DNA from: Eledone cirrhosa
Taxonomy: Eukaryota
Assembly: GCA_964016885.1 (NCBI GenBank)
Contig: OZ024743.1
Coordinates: 239,196,001-239,260,000, forward strand
DNA length: 64,000 nucleotides
Direction of reading: 5' to 3'
Below are positions 1-13,551 of the stretch, piece by piece (within the stretch, counting starts at the first letter, position 1; every line of letters begins with the position of its first letter). The translations under genes and the position numbers were made by a program. The notes beneath the pieces were generated by a model. The model made no database searches. It was given only the letters and a program-made list of their open reading frames with translations, and was not told where the DNA came from.

Positions 1-155
1 ACCCCAATCTTTTTGGGTGTTCCTTTCGGAAAACAATGTATGTCCGCTTATATATAGTTAACAATAACATTTTTTCATAAATGGCAATTTTTAACAAACG
101 GAAATAACAAACCTTTGCGGAGCTCACGATGATACGATTTACTACGTAGGTCGCC
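1..155 (-). mobile_element. 5' end of a Tx1-clade LINE copy (continues left of the window)
   Basis: Closely similar to 39637-39794, the 5' UTR of the Tx1-like LINE (shared CAAACCTTTGCGGAGCTCACGATGATA...TTTACTACGTAGGTCGCC). Both copies abut (AAT)n. Confidence 0.8.
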
Positions 156-364
156 AATAATAATAATAATAATAATAATATATATATATATGAATATGTA
201 TATGTGTTTGTATGTATGCATATGTGTATATATATGGTGCAAGCACAAGGATTGGTGGTTAGATTGTTTGATTTCAGCCCTTGCACAAGACAAGTTATTT
301 CGCATTGCTTAAGTCCACTTCATCTATATCTGTAATTCAAAGGAGAGTATCTGTCACATCTTGT

Positions 365-439
<75 letters not shown>

Positions 440-980
440 AGGTGTATTATTGATTTGTGTCAAACGGTCCAATAACATTTTTGTTAGCAATATTAAGTTC
501 TCCACGCTTTTGTATATCTCCAATTATATTTATGGGAACAGCTAGATGATGTAAAACGGAGTATTTGTATCAAAATAAAGATCCGAAGGCATGGTATAAA
601 TTTCCAATCATTTAAATTACGACACATGTTTCAATAAGAGATAGATCGATCGTGTAGCCATGATCGATTATCACTGATCACGTCAGGTGAAAATGAATTG
701 TCTTCAAATCCTTGATATGAGGGAGAAAATTAACAGTGTTCACTCACAGAGTTTAGTCCCTCATATGAAGACCAAGCAGTCAAAACACGGCGACTGCTAT
801 ATGACGGGAAATCGCACATACTGACACCTTAACGCAAGTACCCAACCCTACTCAGGGCCCCTTGGTGGCCTACATAGCGGCTTCTTGCACGCACAGATTT
901 GAGGACTCAGATTCTCAATGGGTCAACAGCACATACTGAGTTCGATATGAGCTGTCTACTTGCTCTTCACATAGATGTGT

Positions 981-1253
981 ATATACCTAAACATACACTA
1001 TTTGGAGATACGGATGTTACAATTCAATCTATACACGTATAGCAGAACATTGAACTGAACTTACTTGCGTGTGTATAGGGTTGCGGTTGACCCAATTGTT
1101 TCCAATTCTTTTGGACGATACAAATGTATATACCATAACATGCACTATTTGGAGATACGGATGTTGCAATTCAATCTATACACATATAGCAGAAAATTGA
1201 ACTGAACTTACTTGCGTGTGTATAGGGTTGCGGTTGACACAATTTTTCCCAAT
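981..1253. repeat. Tandem duplication, about 147-bp period, about 2 copies
   Basis: CTATTTGGAGATACGGATGTT...GGGTTGCGGTTGAC begins at 998 and again at 1145. Confidence 0.85.
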
Positions 1254-1724
1254 TTACACGTCAAATTGAGATTTGACCAATATAACATTTGTTGTTTTGT
1301 AAACTAAATTTCGGTGAATACTATGTTGGTATTTTTGTATTTTTACTTTTCTTTAACCTCGTGTCGCTGTGTGTGAGTGTGCGTGTACTGTCTCACACTA
1401 ACTGTGACCGTCTATAGTTCTACACATTTGATGCTGTGCTGGTATGTGTATATATATTTTTCTTTGACCTCGCGTCATGTGTGTGTGAGTGTGTGTGTAA
1501 CCACTCACATTAACTGTGACCGACTGTAATTCTACAGATTTGATTGATGTCCAGCGTATTTTACAGCTATTAGGAGATAGAGACTTGATAGTTTTATGAC
1601 CCTAACTGAGGACGATAGCAGTCGCCGTGTTTTGACTGCTTGATCTTCATATGAGGGACTAAACTCTGTGAGTGAACACTGTTAATTTTCTCCCTCATAT
1701 CAAGGATTTGAAGACAATTCATTT

Positions 1725-1797
1725 TCACCTGCGAGATTAGTGATAATCGATCATGGCTACATGATCGATCTATCACTTATTGAAACATGTGTCGTGA
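1725..1797 (+). ncRNA. Degenerate type-I hammerhead ribozyme
   Basis: TCAC-CTG(A)CGA-[long stem AGTGATA/TATCACT, ATCGATCAT/ATGATCGAT]-GAAAC-ATGT-GTC^-GTGA. The opposite arm retains CTGACG, so the consensus core is CTGACGA. Confidence 0.65.
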
Positions 1798-1834
1798 TTT
1801 AAATGATTGGAAATTTATACCATGCCTTCGGATC

Positions 1835-1887
<53 letters not shown>

Positions 1888-1891
<4 letters not shown>

Positions 1892-2685
1892 AGAGATTAT
1901 TCAATATTCACAACTTCTTGCATAATCTGCCGCCCTTGAGTCCATTTATATATGGTCGAGATGTTTCTAGTATTAACCATCCAATGAAGAAGTCTATGTT
2001 CTTTCTTTGTGTTGCGATATTGAATCAACGCTACCAAAGGGAATCCTGGATGTACATCGGTATGTCAAAGAGAGCCGGCTTAGAAAGCGCTTCCTTAATC
2101 ACGAATTGACCTTCAGACATACCAATTAATAGAAATACCACAAATTTGGCAAACAAAATATGGCACACAAAGACAATAACATAGACTTCTCCATCAAACG
2201 GAAAATACTAGAAAAATCTCGACCATATATAAATGGGCTGAAGGCCTGCAGATTATGCAATGGCGAGAAATGGTGGATATCGAATACGCTCTGCAACAAT
2301 AACAAATCATTTAACACACGTACAGGTATTTTCTCACGATGTTCTCATGTTTCTAAGTACCTTTTAAACAACTGGTCTTCTTAATGTTGATTTATATCTT
2401 TTTTAAGCTATCGATTTTTCTAGCCCAATCATTTGTCATTTAATTAAGCGTTTGATCGCGTTTTTATTTTTGTTTGGTCACATTCTCTCCTCTAGACCAT
2501 CCAGATTATCTGCCGTTGGTTTTGGGGCCCTTCTTTTTCTCAGTATTGCTCTATATTTTTCTTTTTGTGTAAGCATTTCCGGGTGATTCTTCATCGGCAC
2601 AGGTTGAAAAGTGGCTTCTGAAGGCTAACGAAACCTACGTACCTGGTATTCTATGGTATCGTTGTAGTAACTGGCGTTAATAATT
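1888..2685 (+). mobile_element. 5'-truncated PLE 3' end (GIY-YIG C-terminal remnant) with 5' inversion
   Basis: ORF 2160-2384 KILEKSRPYINGLKACRLCNGE...SRCSH resembles the end of the intact PLE ORF (SVLKRATPYQNNRKECRLCSQE...SCNH). About 1888-2020 is a diverged inverted copy of about 2153-2297. Flanked by (TA)n. Confidence 0.8.
2600..2645 (+). ncRNA. Hammerhead ribozyme candidate, U3-A8 core variant
   Basis: CAGG-TTGAAAA-GTGGCTTCTGAAGGCTAAC-GAAAC-CTAC-GTA^-CCTG; stem I CAGG/CCTG. Confidence 0.55.
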
Positions 2686-2953
2686 ATATATATATATATA
2701 TAAAGCAGTATACCATACATGAAGTGTGGTGAGATATGTAATATGTGATAAGATGATCAGAAGGCCAGTACAATGCCGATAGAAATATAAAGATAAATGT
2801 ATGTGGCATATAAAAAGAAACTTGACTTTTTTTGTCATACTTTATCCCAGTTCCAGCATTATATTTCTATCTGCATTGTACGAGCTTCATGAACATCCCA
2901 CTTATTGCGCATACAGAGAGAGAGAGAGAGCGAGGGATATATATATGTGTGTG

Positions 2954-3060
<107 letters not shown>

Positions 3061-3149
3061 TAGTTATTTGTGTAGTTGTTACATATAAATATTGAAAACA
3101 TGTATTCACACGCACACACAGATACAAAAATATAGCCTATGATTTTCTC

Positions 3150-4700
3150 GATGTTATTGATAATTGTCATTGTTGTTATTCTTGTTGCTTGCTTTCTTTG
3201 CCATACCAGCAGCTGTCGTTGTTTTCGTTGTTATATATCACTTCTGATAGTATTGCTAGTCTTCTTGCTGTCCCATTCTTTGTTGTTGATATTGTTTTTG
3301 TTGTTTTTGTTTTAGTGTCTGTTCTGAGAAGAAAGACAGAGTTACACGAGGTGCGGATACAAAGTGAATCTGTTGCTCTTAACTTACAACATTCCACGAT
3401 GTTGATGTTACATTTTTAATGACATTGCCAATAAATTTCTTGGTTAAAAACATTTATAGCGAAATATCCTTATCAACTTTTCCCATATGATGTCACACGG
3501 TTGTGTCGCCGGATAACCAAGGTAGTAGAGATGCTTGTTGTTGTAGTAACTGTGGCAATGGCAGTGGCGGTAGTGAGGCTTTTTGTTGTAGTAATTGTAG
3601 TACAGGTGGTGGTAGTGGTGGTCAATGGTGGTGCTGAGGGTTGTAGTAATTGTGACAATGGCACTGGTGGTAGGCAGGTCTTTTTTTGTAGTAATTGTAA
3701 TAGAGGTGGTGGAAGTGATGGTTGGTTTTGCTGCAATTTGTGGTAGTGGTGGTGGTGGAGGTAGTGATGGTTGTAGTAATTGTAGTATAGGTGGTGGTAG
3801 TGCTGAGATTGTTTTAATAACTGTGGCAATGGCAATGGCAGTAGTGAAGGTTTTTGTTGTAGTTAATGTAGCAGTGACGGTGGTGGTAGTGGTGGTTTGG
3901 ATGTGGTGATGGTTGTAGTAATTGTTGTAGAGGTAGTGGTGGTGATGTGGGTTGTAGATATTGTAGTTGAGGTTTGTTCATTGTGCTCTTGGTAATAGCG
4001 GTGGTGGTGGAGATTTTGCTGTTGGTATAGGCGGTGGTTAATGGTGGTGATGGTTGTCATATTGTCTAAGGGTGCTGATGTAGAAATTGTGTGGTAGTGT
4101 TGGTGGTGACTTTGTTGTTGGTAGTAGCTAGGAATGGTGGTAGTGGTGGTAGTAGTGGTGGTGGTGGTAGTAGTGGTGGCTGGCGATGGTAGTGTTGTAA
4201 ATGGTGCTGCTGGGGATGAGGATGTGGGTGGAGGTGGTAGTGGTAGTGGTGGCTGACGAAGGTAGTATTGTAATGGTGCTGCTGGGGATGGGGATGTGGG
4301 TGGTGGTGGTTACTATGTAAAATGACAAGACAGAAAAACAGGTCATCGCCTCCATACGAAAAATAATATTATAGTAGTGATGAGATAAATAGAAAGCAAA
4401 GTAAAAGTTGTGGAAGTGATGGATATGGGGTATAATGAGAGGATGAAAGGAAGAAGGGGCTGGAAGATTATGAAAGGTGGAGTTGGACGGATAGTGTGAG
4501 GAGAGGATGAATGGTTAGGGGATGAGAGAGTATGAAAGGGTGAGAGAGAGGTAGTGGGAGAATATGAATGGTAGAAGAGAGGTGGAATTGTAAAAATATG
4601 CGTGGTGGAGATGGGGAGGTGGGTTATGAATGGCAAAGAGGGGACGGGAGCTTTGTGAGAATATAATGGTAATGAGGGGAGAGGAATTTGGGGGAGAACG
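3150..4700. repeat. Degenerate trinucleotide (TTG/GTG/GTA) and purine-rich low-complexity tract
   Basis: Runs of GTG/GTA/TTG followed by GA-rich sequence. Overlapping ORFs are poly-V/T/H artefacts. Confidence 0.85.
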
Positions 4701-4789
4701 ATGAATGAAAGTATTTCAGTGGAGGGTTAAGGGTATGACTGATCAATGTATTGGAAAGTATGCTTTGTATATATATATATATATTATAT

Positions 4790-6258
4790 ATATATATAAA
4801 ACGGAGGATGTTTGTCTGGGTGTGTGTATGATTTGTATGCATTTCCACGTTTCTCTGCCGATTTTGAGGATTTTTTTTCCAATGTGCTCCAAATTTAGCA
4901 GCGATGGTCAACGCGTAATAAACTTTGGCAAAAAGTTCTGCTTCTATGAAAAAATTCGATAAAACTAAATACATGCTTAATCCCTCTCTTTACTACCCTC
5001 AACAATCTATGAAACTACATACATGATCAAACTCTCTTTAAAAGGTTCATCCCTCCCTCTACTCCCCTCTCAATCTCCTCTGCAACTCTCTTTAAAAAGG
5101 TTAATGCCTCTACTACCCTATCACCATTACAGTTTACAACAGCGACAAAACTTCGTTCAGGAACGCGACATAAACTTTGAAAACTAAGCAACACATCAAT
5201 ATACAACAACAAACAATATACAACAACAAACATAGCTTTACTCTCTCCGTCGCTCTTCCCTCTCTCTATAATAGATTATTCCCCCTCTCTATAATTTAAC
5301 TGCTTTACACTCTTCCTGCTTTGAGGTTTAACACACCACCCTATAGTTTCTTAGTTTTACTCACTACGTCACTCTTACCTCTCTCTATAATAGATCATTC
5401 GCCCTCTCTATAATTTAACTGCTTTACTCACTCTGCCGCTCTTCACTCTCTATATGACAACACTGTTTTACACACCTCCCTATGGTTTCTTAGCTTTACT
5501 CTCTCCGTCGCTTTTCCCTCTCTCTATAATAGATTATTCCCCCTCTCTATAATTTAACTGCTGGGGATGTCATTGGAGTTCCGTATTGACATACACTTCA
5601 TGGAACAAAATAATGCTATAGACATGAATCGGAATATTTAAATTATTTATTTTTTACGACTTTAATTGGTTAAATATTAATATGACAACACCCATAGTGT
5701 TGTGCTTCTGGCAATTCTGCCGAATACACTGCCATGGATGAACCTTTTCCCGTCGGCGTCAGATATCCCGTTCGATTTCCGGCGATCCCAATTCCAGGTG
5801 AGACCATGTTTTGCCATGTCCATTAACAAGTCAAAAGGGCAAACATTGTCCCGTGTAGGGAGCAGGAATGGACTTTTTGCTTACACTCCTCAAGGGATAA
5901 CACGCAATATCGTCTATAAAGCGGTGCTATAGATGTTGGCGCAGGCAGGTGTTGGAGGTGTTGGAGCTATGACGTCTAGAAAACTATTTCCTGGCAGGGT
6001 CACCATGGCGGACAGATCTGACACCCAGCGGCATCAGGGCCACCATCTTGCAACTTTAGTCTGCTAAATTCGCTATTGGAAGATTATTAACCCATCATTG
6101 CTTGTCCAAAATGCTAATTGGTTTGTAGTTTTAATAACCGGTTCAACTGCTTTATGCACTTAATTGATAAGCTTATTCGCTTTCAAGCCACGTTTATCTG
6201 TATGTAACTTTTCATAGCAAATGAACAAACCCGAGCAATGCCAGGCTAAACTGCTAGT
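4790..6258 (+). mobile_element. Non-autonomous Helitron with PIF1-helicase remnant and internal tandem repeats
   Basis: FRRSQFQVRPCFAMSINKSKGQTL...TRNIVYKAVL (about 5770-5930) is a Helitron helicase C-terminus. The 3' end is CCCGAGCAATGCCAGG hairpin-like + CTAG then T. Internal repeats lie at 5230-5560. The 5' boundary is approximate. Confidence 0.75.
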
Positions 6259-7053
6259 ATATATATATATATATATATAGAGTATAAAGAAAACGAAAAA
6301 TCAGTGATGCATCTGGACTTAATTTATTGTGTGTTACAATTGTTTCTGCGGCAGGTAGCTCGAGACATGGTCCTTGTATGGATCTGGCTGATTCTACTTC
6401 TGCAGGTTCTTTCAGACACGAGTATTTTGTTTGGAGCAAATTTCATCACTGGGGTGTTATCATCAAAAAATACCCTCAAAAAACCCTACTTCCACTCTTG
6501 TCATGCCATTGGCTGTTTTTACTCCCCGTCATAACAAGTTCTGGTCAGTATCTACTGCCACACGGGTCATCAGCCATTTTCCGTCCGACACATTTCGATG
6601 GAGTCATGCTGGGTTCAGCATCTCACATGTCTCTTCACACTTCAGAGTAAGCACCCACACATACTAATATACACACACATACACACACGCATGCAGACAC
6701 CGACAGATTTATGCATACACACACGTACGTCTACATGCGCAGACACACACACCCTCCACATACATACATATATGTATATATACAGACACACTTTCTCCCT
6801 CACCTCCACGGACTCAGTCACACCCACTTGTAGATACATATCGCCACAAGCCTTATGACGGGTGCTTAATTTGCCCCATGTATCCGGTTGGGATAAGCAT
6901 GGCCTACTCACACATACACATATATACATACATACGCTCAACCTTATATATATTTATATATCTATATATGTACACTCATGCACACACATATATACATACA
7001 CACATACATACACACACATACATATACACACACACATACACACATATATATAT

Positions 7054-7134
7054 ACGTGAAGGCATGTAGCTGAGTGGTTAGAGAATTGGATTCACAATGT
7101 TGAGGTTGTGAGTTCTATTCCTGGACCGGGCGAG

Positions 7135-7135
<1 letters not shown>
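7054..7135 (+). mobile_element. tRNA-derived SINE head
   Basis: A-box-like TAGCTGAGTGG and B-box-like GAGTTCTATTCC with tRNA-like spacing; truncated at (TA)n. Confidence 0.6.
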
Positions 7136-7198
<63 letters not shown>

Positions 7199-7209
7199 CT
7201 CACACATGC

Positions 7210-9332
7210 CCACGTATAGTCAACATAGTTCGTAACAACAAGTTCCATAGGAATAGAGCACGGCGGACAGAATATCTCAAAAGTCTCGGATCCACCATCA
7301 AAAGCATGGAAACATGCCAGGATTTACTTGTGCCCTCGGACAAAACTGGTAATGTATACATGCTTGACCGTTTTACATACAATGACTGCCTCGGGAAAGA
7401 GATTAGGGAAAACTATAGGACCACAGGACAGACAAATTTAGATAGTATTAACGCCACGACAAAAAATATACCGACGGGGCTAGTACTAGAGGATAGGACC
7501 GAGGTATATGTACCTCGAAAACCACGGATATCTATTAAAGACCATAAATTAGACTTTAAAACTAAACTACCGGTTAAGTTAATAGCACCCTCCAAATCCG
7601 ACCTAGGCAGGACCAGCAAGAATATTATAGATAGGATCATACCGGTACTTAGAAACAAAACTAGGCTTAGCCTATGGACCTCCACTAAGGAGGTAATCGA
7701 GTGGTTCTCGTTAATAGCTGACAAACACCAAGTAAATTTTATTCAGTTAGACATAGATAGCTACTACGCGTCAGTATCTCCGATACTAGTCAATAAGGTC
7801 CTCATAAGCGCCAGGGCCAGATCTATCCTCACTAGGGACGAGAGCAACCTCATAGTAGCAGCCAGAAAGACGCTAATTAGTTTCGAAGACAAGTTATGGG
7901 AGAAGAGGGACAGACCCGACAGTTTCGATATCACCATGGGGTCAAGTGACTTGGCGCAGGTGACCGACCTTGTGGGGATATATCTCATCCATAGGCTGAC
8001 GGAGGAGTTCCCGTGGATCGGAGGTGGAATATACAGAGAGGACGCAATTTTCACCTTCCGTTCCCTTAACACCAGTCAGATGGAGTGTATGAGGAAGCGC
8101 ATATCGCATTTTTTTTAAACAACACGGCTTATCCGTGACAATATATCCTAGCACTAAGACGGTCAATTTCCTGGACGTTACCCTGGAAATGAATACGGGC
8201 ATCCACAGACCATACCATAAGCCCAACGAAAACCTGCAATATGTGAACAGGCAATCGAATCACCCTAAGTCAGTCATAGAAGCCATAGTTAAAGGGGTAT
8301 CCAAACGCGTATCCACCCTGTCGTCGAACGCAGAAGTGTTCAAACAGCACGCCAAATATTATAATGAGGCACTGCGTAGGACCGGTTACAAAGACACCAT
8401 AATACATACCCCAGATAGAGTAGAGCCTAGTGATAAGGCGTGCAGAAATGCCAATAGTGAGGGCGCCTCCTTAGGTAGAAGAATTGACCCAGTAGCAGTA
8501 TCCAGGAACACAAATAACAACACAACTAGCATTAATGACACAGGACCGACCCGAGGTACGAATAAGGCACCCATAGGAGCCAGACCACCCAGTACGCGGA
8601 GGCATGTGCCTCGCACGCACACTTCATACTCCGCGCCAACTGGGACCACGGACAGGACTTCCACAAATACGAACGGGGCACACGCCTCAGAGCACGACCA
8701 CCCTGGTTATAGTGCTACAGCACGGACAACAGCATCACATAGACCTAAGGGGAATAGACGTATAGATGACCACATAGAACGACGTAACTTTATAACTGTA
8801 GAGCATAACCCCGACGCACTTAGCGAGCAAATAGACAGAGACAACACACGGGACGAAATTGTGGTTGGGCCGGGCACTGGACGGACATCGAGTCCTGGAC
8901 GCACGAACAAGAATCCACGCACAAGAAGGAACAGATCTATGGCCTTTACCTGGTTTAATGCGCCTTACTCCAAATATGTACGCACCAACGTGCCAGGACT
9001 TTTCTTCCGAGCGCTAGATGAGTGCTTTCCGCGGACAAACAAATACCACAAAATCTTCAACCGCCACACGGTGAAATTTTCCTTCCCCACAGCGCCTAAT
9101 GTGGCCGACTACATGGCTAGAACTAACGCGGTGAAGATGGCGTACACTGGCCGTCAAGCGCGGCGACAAAGTGAACGTCTTTCGGAGCACGGAGAACCAA
9201 CCAAGGACCTGCCCTCAAATGACAACTCAGCCCACCAGGCGACAAGAGCGCCCGCGGAGGGCGATATGGTTCAACACCGAGAGGGAAACAGTGGCATGGG
9301 GGAGACAACAGTGTCGGTGGTACAACACCCTG
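7210..9332 (+). pseudogene. Penelope-like reverse transcriptase, 5'-truncated, frameshifted, no GIY-YIG domain
   Basis: Motifs SDKTGNVY, KDHK, PSKSDLG, FIQLDIDSYY, FDITMGS, GIYRED (YRDD altered), VNFLDVTL, SNHP and WFNAPY are colinear with the intact ORF at 20564-23026. Frameshift in the T-run near 8110. Confidence 0.9.
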
Positions 9333-9887
9333 AGATATATATAAGGTTGGGCGTATGTATGTGTGCGCGCGTATGTATGTATATATGTGTATCTTTGAGT
9401 AGGCCATGCTTATCCCAACCGGATACATGGGGCGAATTAAGCAGCCGTCATAAGGCTTGTGGCGATATGTATCTACAAGTGGGTGTGATGGGGTCGTGGA
9501 GGTGAGGGAGAAAGTGTGTGTGTGTATATATATACATATATGTATGTATGTTGGGGTGTGTGTGTCTGCGCATGTAGGCGTACGTGTGTGTATGCATAAA
9601 TCTCTCGGTGCCTGCATGAGTGTGTGTATGTGTCTGTATATTAGTATGTGTGGGTGCTTACTCTGAAGCGTGAAGAGACGTGTGAGATGCTGAACCCAGC
9701 ATGACTCCATCGAAATGTGTCGGACGGAAAATGGCTGATGACCCGTGTGGCAGTAGATACTGACTAGAACTTGTGATGACGTGGAGTGAAAACAGCCAAT
9801 GGCATGACAAGAGTGGAAGTAGGGTTTTTTTAGGGTGTTTTTGATGATAACACCCCAGTGATAACATTTTCTCCAAACGAAATACTC

Positions 9888-9976
9888 GTGTCTGAAAGAA
9901 CCTGCAGAAGTAGAATCAGCCAGATCCATACAAGGACCATGTCTCGAGCTAACTGCCGCAGAAACAATTGTAACAC
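9888..9976 (+). ncRNA. Hammerhead-like motif with long stem II (inverted copy at about 6331-6419)
   Basis: GTGT-CTGAAAGA-...TGCAG...CTGCCGCA-GAAAC-AATT-GTA^-ACAC; palindromic stem III ACAATTGT. The core has extra bases. Confidence 0.55.
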
Positions 9977-10109
9977 ACAATAAATTAAGTCCAGATGCAT
10001 CACTGATTTTTCGTTTTCTTTATACTATCTACACTCTTACTCTGATGAATATCGTTTGCTAATTTTGGCATTACGCCTATGGAAGCACCATAGCTACCAT
10101 TATACACAA

Positions 10110-10176
<67 letters not shown>

Positions 10177-10191
10177 TATATATGCTAATAT

Positions 10192-10248
<57 letters not shown>

Positions 10249-10328
10249 AATATATATATACACAAATAAAATACAGTTATTAATAAGCTCAAAATATAAA
10301 TACTTGTATATATATATATATATATATA

Positions 10329-10960
10329 ATAAGGAGTTGACGGCCCCATAATATTTATCAATGCCAGGACCGGTTGTATATCAGCGTACTCAATAGGAAA
10401 TGGTGGATACATTCCCTGATCATACACATAGTTATTCGCTTCAATACAATACACGTAAAACGGACTCTAGTTTCGGCCACACTTAATGCAAAAGTAGGGT
10501 GCACTGCACCCTCTGTCTGCATATATTATGCAACAATGCATAATCGGCGTATCTGGCTTTATCAGCGGGTATCGTCTAATCAATAACCAATCGATCGACA
10601 GAATCCAAACCCCAGCCCATGGCAGCTATGACTGTTTGTGACGTCCGACAGAGTAAAGTGATTAGCAACTGGAATCCGATACAATTCTGTCCCTCTACCA
10701 GCCACTGATTTAGAAACTGTACGTGGTGGCGGGAGAATAGAAAACAAATCACCGATGAGCAATAATTGGTAATTCTCTTCACAATTAATTTGCGAAACAG
10801 CATAGCCAAACGTTGTCTGGGTGATTGGTAGTTCCCACAATTCCTGTTTGTATTTATTTTCTTCATTTATTCGTAAATTGAGTCTGGCACACCCTATTGT
10901 CGATAGTTAGTATTTCTTTCACCTTAGCGAATCTTGTCCCTTACGATTTGAACACATATA
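10329..10960 (-). mobile_element. PLE pLTR-like segment with degenerate hammerhead at about 10459-10570
   Basis: Minus strand reads CG-CTGATAA-AGCCA...TGGCC-GAAAC-TAGA-GTC^-CG, with stem II about 85 nt. The left end joins (TA)n. Confidence 0.5.
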
Positions 10961-11330
10961 TGTATGTATCTGTGTTTATCTCTCTTTTATATTCAATTAT
11001 AATATACGGCTCGGAAAAATCTCTTTCCGAGAAAGCGTACTTAAATATTAGTACCCTTGAAATACGTATAATCAAATAAATATGGTTTTATAAAGATATT
11101 TTCCAATATTTTATTAATATTATTGATATTAATAGGATACTCCGGATAAAACTCATTGAATGCTTTTAATCTGTTGTAAAATTAACTTTATTGAATAGTC
11201 AACAAACCAAATAACTTTTTGTTTATATGCATATATATATATATATATATTAAATGTATAAATTATAAATTTAGTTAGGAACTATATATCTGTGTTCGCT
11301 TTTCTTTTATATTCTATTATAATATATATA

Positions 11331-11789
11331 CTAGCAGAGGTACCCGGCGTTGCTCGGATATTAAATACCAGTTGTTTATACCATTTATGTCAATATTTCA
11401 GTGCTGCTTCGAAAACTATACTTTTACAAATTCATCGGCTTTTTCCAAAAGGGGGTTCCTGCCCCCAGGGATCCCCTACCCAATATGTGCCAATTCTGAG
11501 AGTTAACATTCATCTGTAGGACAAACGTAGCCCATGTGTCAAGTTTTGTGAAAATCGGTTGCGAACTCCCGAAGTTATGACGTTTTGTTGCCCTGCACTG
11601 CAGTCCTTTAGCCGACTCCAAGAGAGTGGTTAAAGTGGTTAAAGGGGTTATCTGCCCGGGGGCCCTATAATCAATATCCGCAAAAATGACAGTGCCCATG
11701 ACCATCCGGAGTATATAAGTAACCTATGTCTTAAGTTTGGTGAAATAATGTAGAAATTCATAAGATTTATACATACGCGCGTGCGTTCG

Positions 11790-11821
<32 letters not shown>

Positions 11822-12441
11822 AGTGTGTATGTGTGTGTGTGTGTGTGGGTGTGTATGTATTTGTGTGTGCGTATGTATGTGTATGTCCGTCGGGGCATAC
11901 GTATGTACTGGCCTAAATCTTCACTATTTACTTTTACTATTTTAATAACCTGTCATTTTCGTTTTCAATTTTATTTACATCATTCTTAAACTCCGGGGCT
12001 GGAAATCATTCTGTTATTTTAAATAGAATATTAGTCTAACTACTCCATTTATACCATAAACTTGGTCTTGTCTTTGCATGAAATTGTTCTTCACGCCCCA
12101 CATAACGACGTATTATCATCGCTTTTTTGCCGTTCATTGCCAGGGAACGTCTTCACGAACCAAAATATCGTCTTCCTGATTTCGTTCGGTTGCAACGTTT
12201 CTCGAAATATTTACTTCTGCGTTCACAGATTACTCTCAGTTCAATTTGAATGGGAAATTCCCGTTTCATCGATTTTCTCCGTAACAATGGAAGCTTGTAG
12301 CTTGACAGTCGACCCAACGCCTCCACGGGTTATTCTGCATAACTGTGTAAATTTTTCGCTGCATTCCACCAAGCCGTTTCGAATTTTATCCGACTACACC
12401 TAGATATACAACGTCCGTCCACTTCCAATTTATATAGTAGA
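11331..12441 (-). mobile_element. Non-autonomous Helitron, both termini visible
   Basis: The minus strand begins TCTACTATATAAA (12441) and ends CCGAGCAACGCCGGG...CTAG (11331), inserted between A and T. Confidence 0.75.
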
Positions 12442-13017
12442 TTTGTTTATATATGAATGACAAAAAGAAAAGTACAAAACTATACATTAATTGTTTCTAC
12501 TAAACCTTCAATTTAAGACACAACCTACATATTTGATAGGACACCAGCTCACACCTTCTTCTTCTTCTTCTTCTTCTTTTGCACCCTCTGGAACATTGGG
12601 CTGCGAGCCACCCCCACACAACGCCATGTTCTGAGTCTGCTTTTCAACTCCACAGTGATGCACGGCGCGTCATGGTGTGTCTAACCATTTTTTTAGGTCT
12701 TACTACGGCTGATTTCTTCCAGAGAGAAAGAAAGAGATGGTAAAAGGCAGAGAAGATTCATCCCCGGAGGAATAATAAAAAATGTTTACACTGCACATTT
12801 CATTTTTTCAAAGCTAAAGCTGCCGATCCAAAATCAGTAATTCAACTCCCTGAAAACTTTCAAATATATGCTGTTCTAGCATGAATATTATGCTAAGGGG
12901 CAGCTGTCCACAAAGTAAGATTTACTTGCATATCCCCGATCATATAAACACATAAATACATGCATACATACAGTACAGTTGATAATTTTTTTATTAAAGC
13001 GTTTTCATATTATATAT

Positions 13018-13227
<210 letters not shown>

Positions 13228-13551
13228 ATTTATATATATATATATTATATATATATAGTGACGAAACATAAGTCAATTGCATGAACTCATAATCCTTTAT
13301 TTACTGCTTTGTTTGTATTAAATTGTAAATAAGACAAAAGTATTAGAACAGGGGGAAATAACTCACCGAACGCGATAGTAAATAGACCGTTTTGGGGCCC
13401 CAGGGACCACATTTTTAAGATAGAGATTTGAAACCTCGTCTATTTGCTTCCTTGGCACTTTCTACATAGGTGTGTAAATTCTCATGTCCGTCCGACCATT
13501 TAACCGTGCACAACTGAATTTCAACCACCACCCATTTCACCCATATATATT

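Larger units (their letters stand above)
436..1841. mobile_element. Non-coding PLE pLTR-type foldback insertion between (TA)n tracts
   Basis: About 573-800 is the reverse complement of about 1615-1841. The left arm carries an extra tail to 436. Both outer ends join (TA)n, and the arms contain a hammerhead motif. Confidence 0.8.
6279..10111 (+). mobile_element. PLE with about 670-bp inverted pLTR arms enclosing an RT pseudogene
   Basis: 6279-6950 is the reverse complement of about 9335-10030. The right arm has an extra tail to about 10111. Both ends join (TA)n. Confidence 0.85.

Noticed and set aside
3176-4636. Thr/Val/His-rich mucin-like ORFs
   Set aside because: Degenerate trinucleotide repeat, open in several frames on both strands, with no domain signal.
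5230-5560. CRISPR-like repeat array
   Set aside because: Irregular minisatellite inside a eukaryotic Helitron, with no unique spacers or cas genes.
7054-7135. tRNA gene
   Set aside because: A/B boxes are present but there is no complete cloverleaf; it fits a SINE head.
9732-9798. CTGATGA-containing hairpin as an HHR or SECIS
   Set aside because: It lacks a correctly placed GAAA/NUH and a canonical SECIS apical AA/KGAW. A better HHR lies at 9888-9976.
6279-10030. DNA transposon with long TIRs
   Set aside because: The interior encodes a PLE RT, and the arms are asymmetric with HHR motifs, matching inverted pLTRs.
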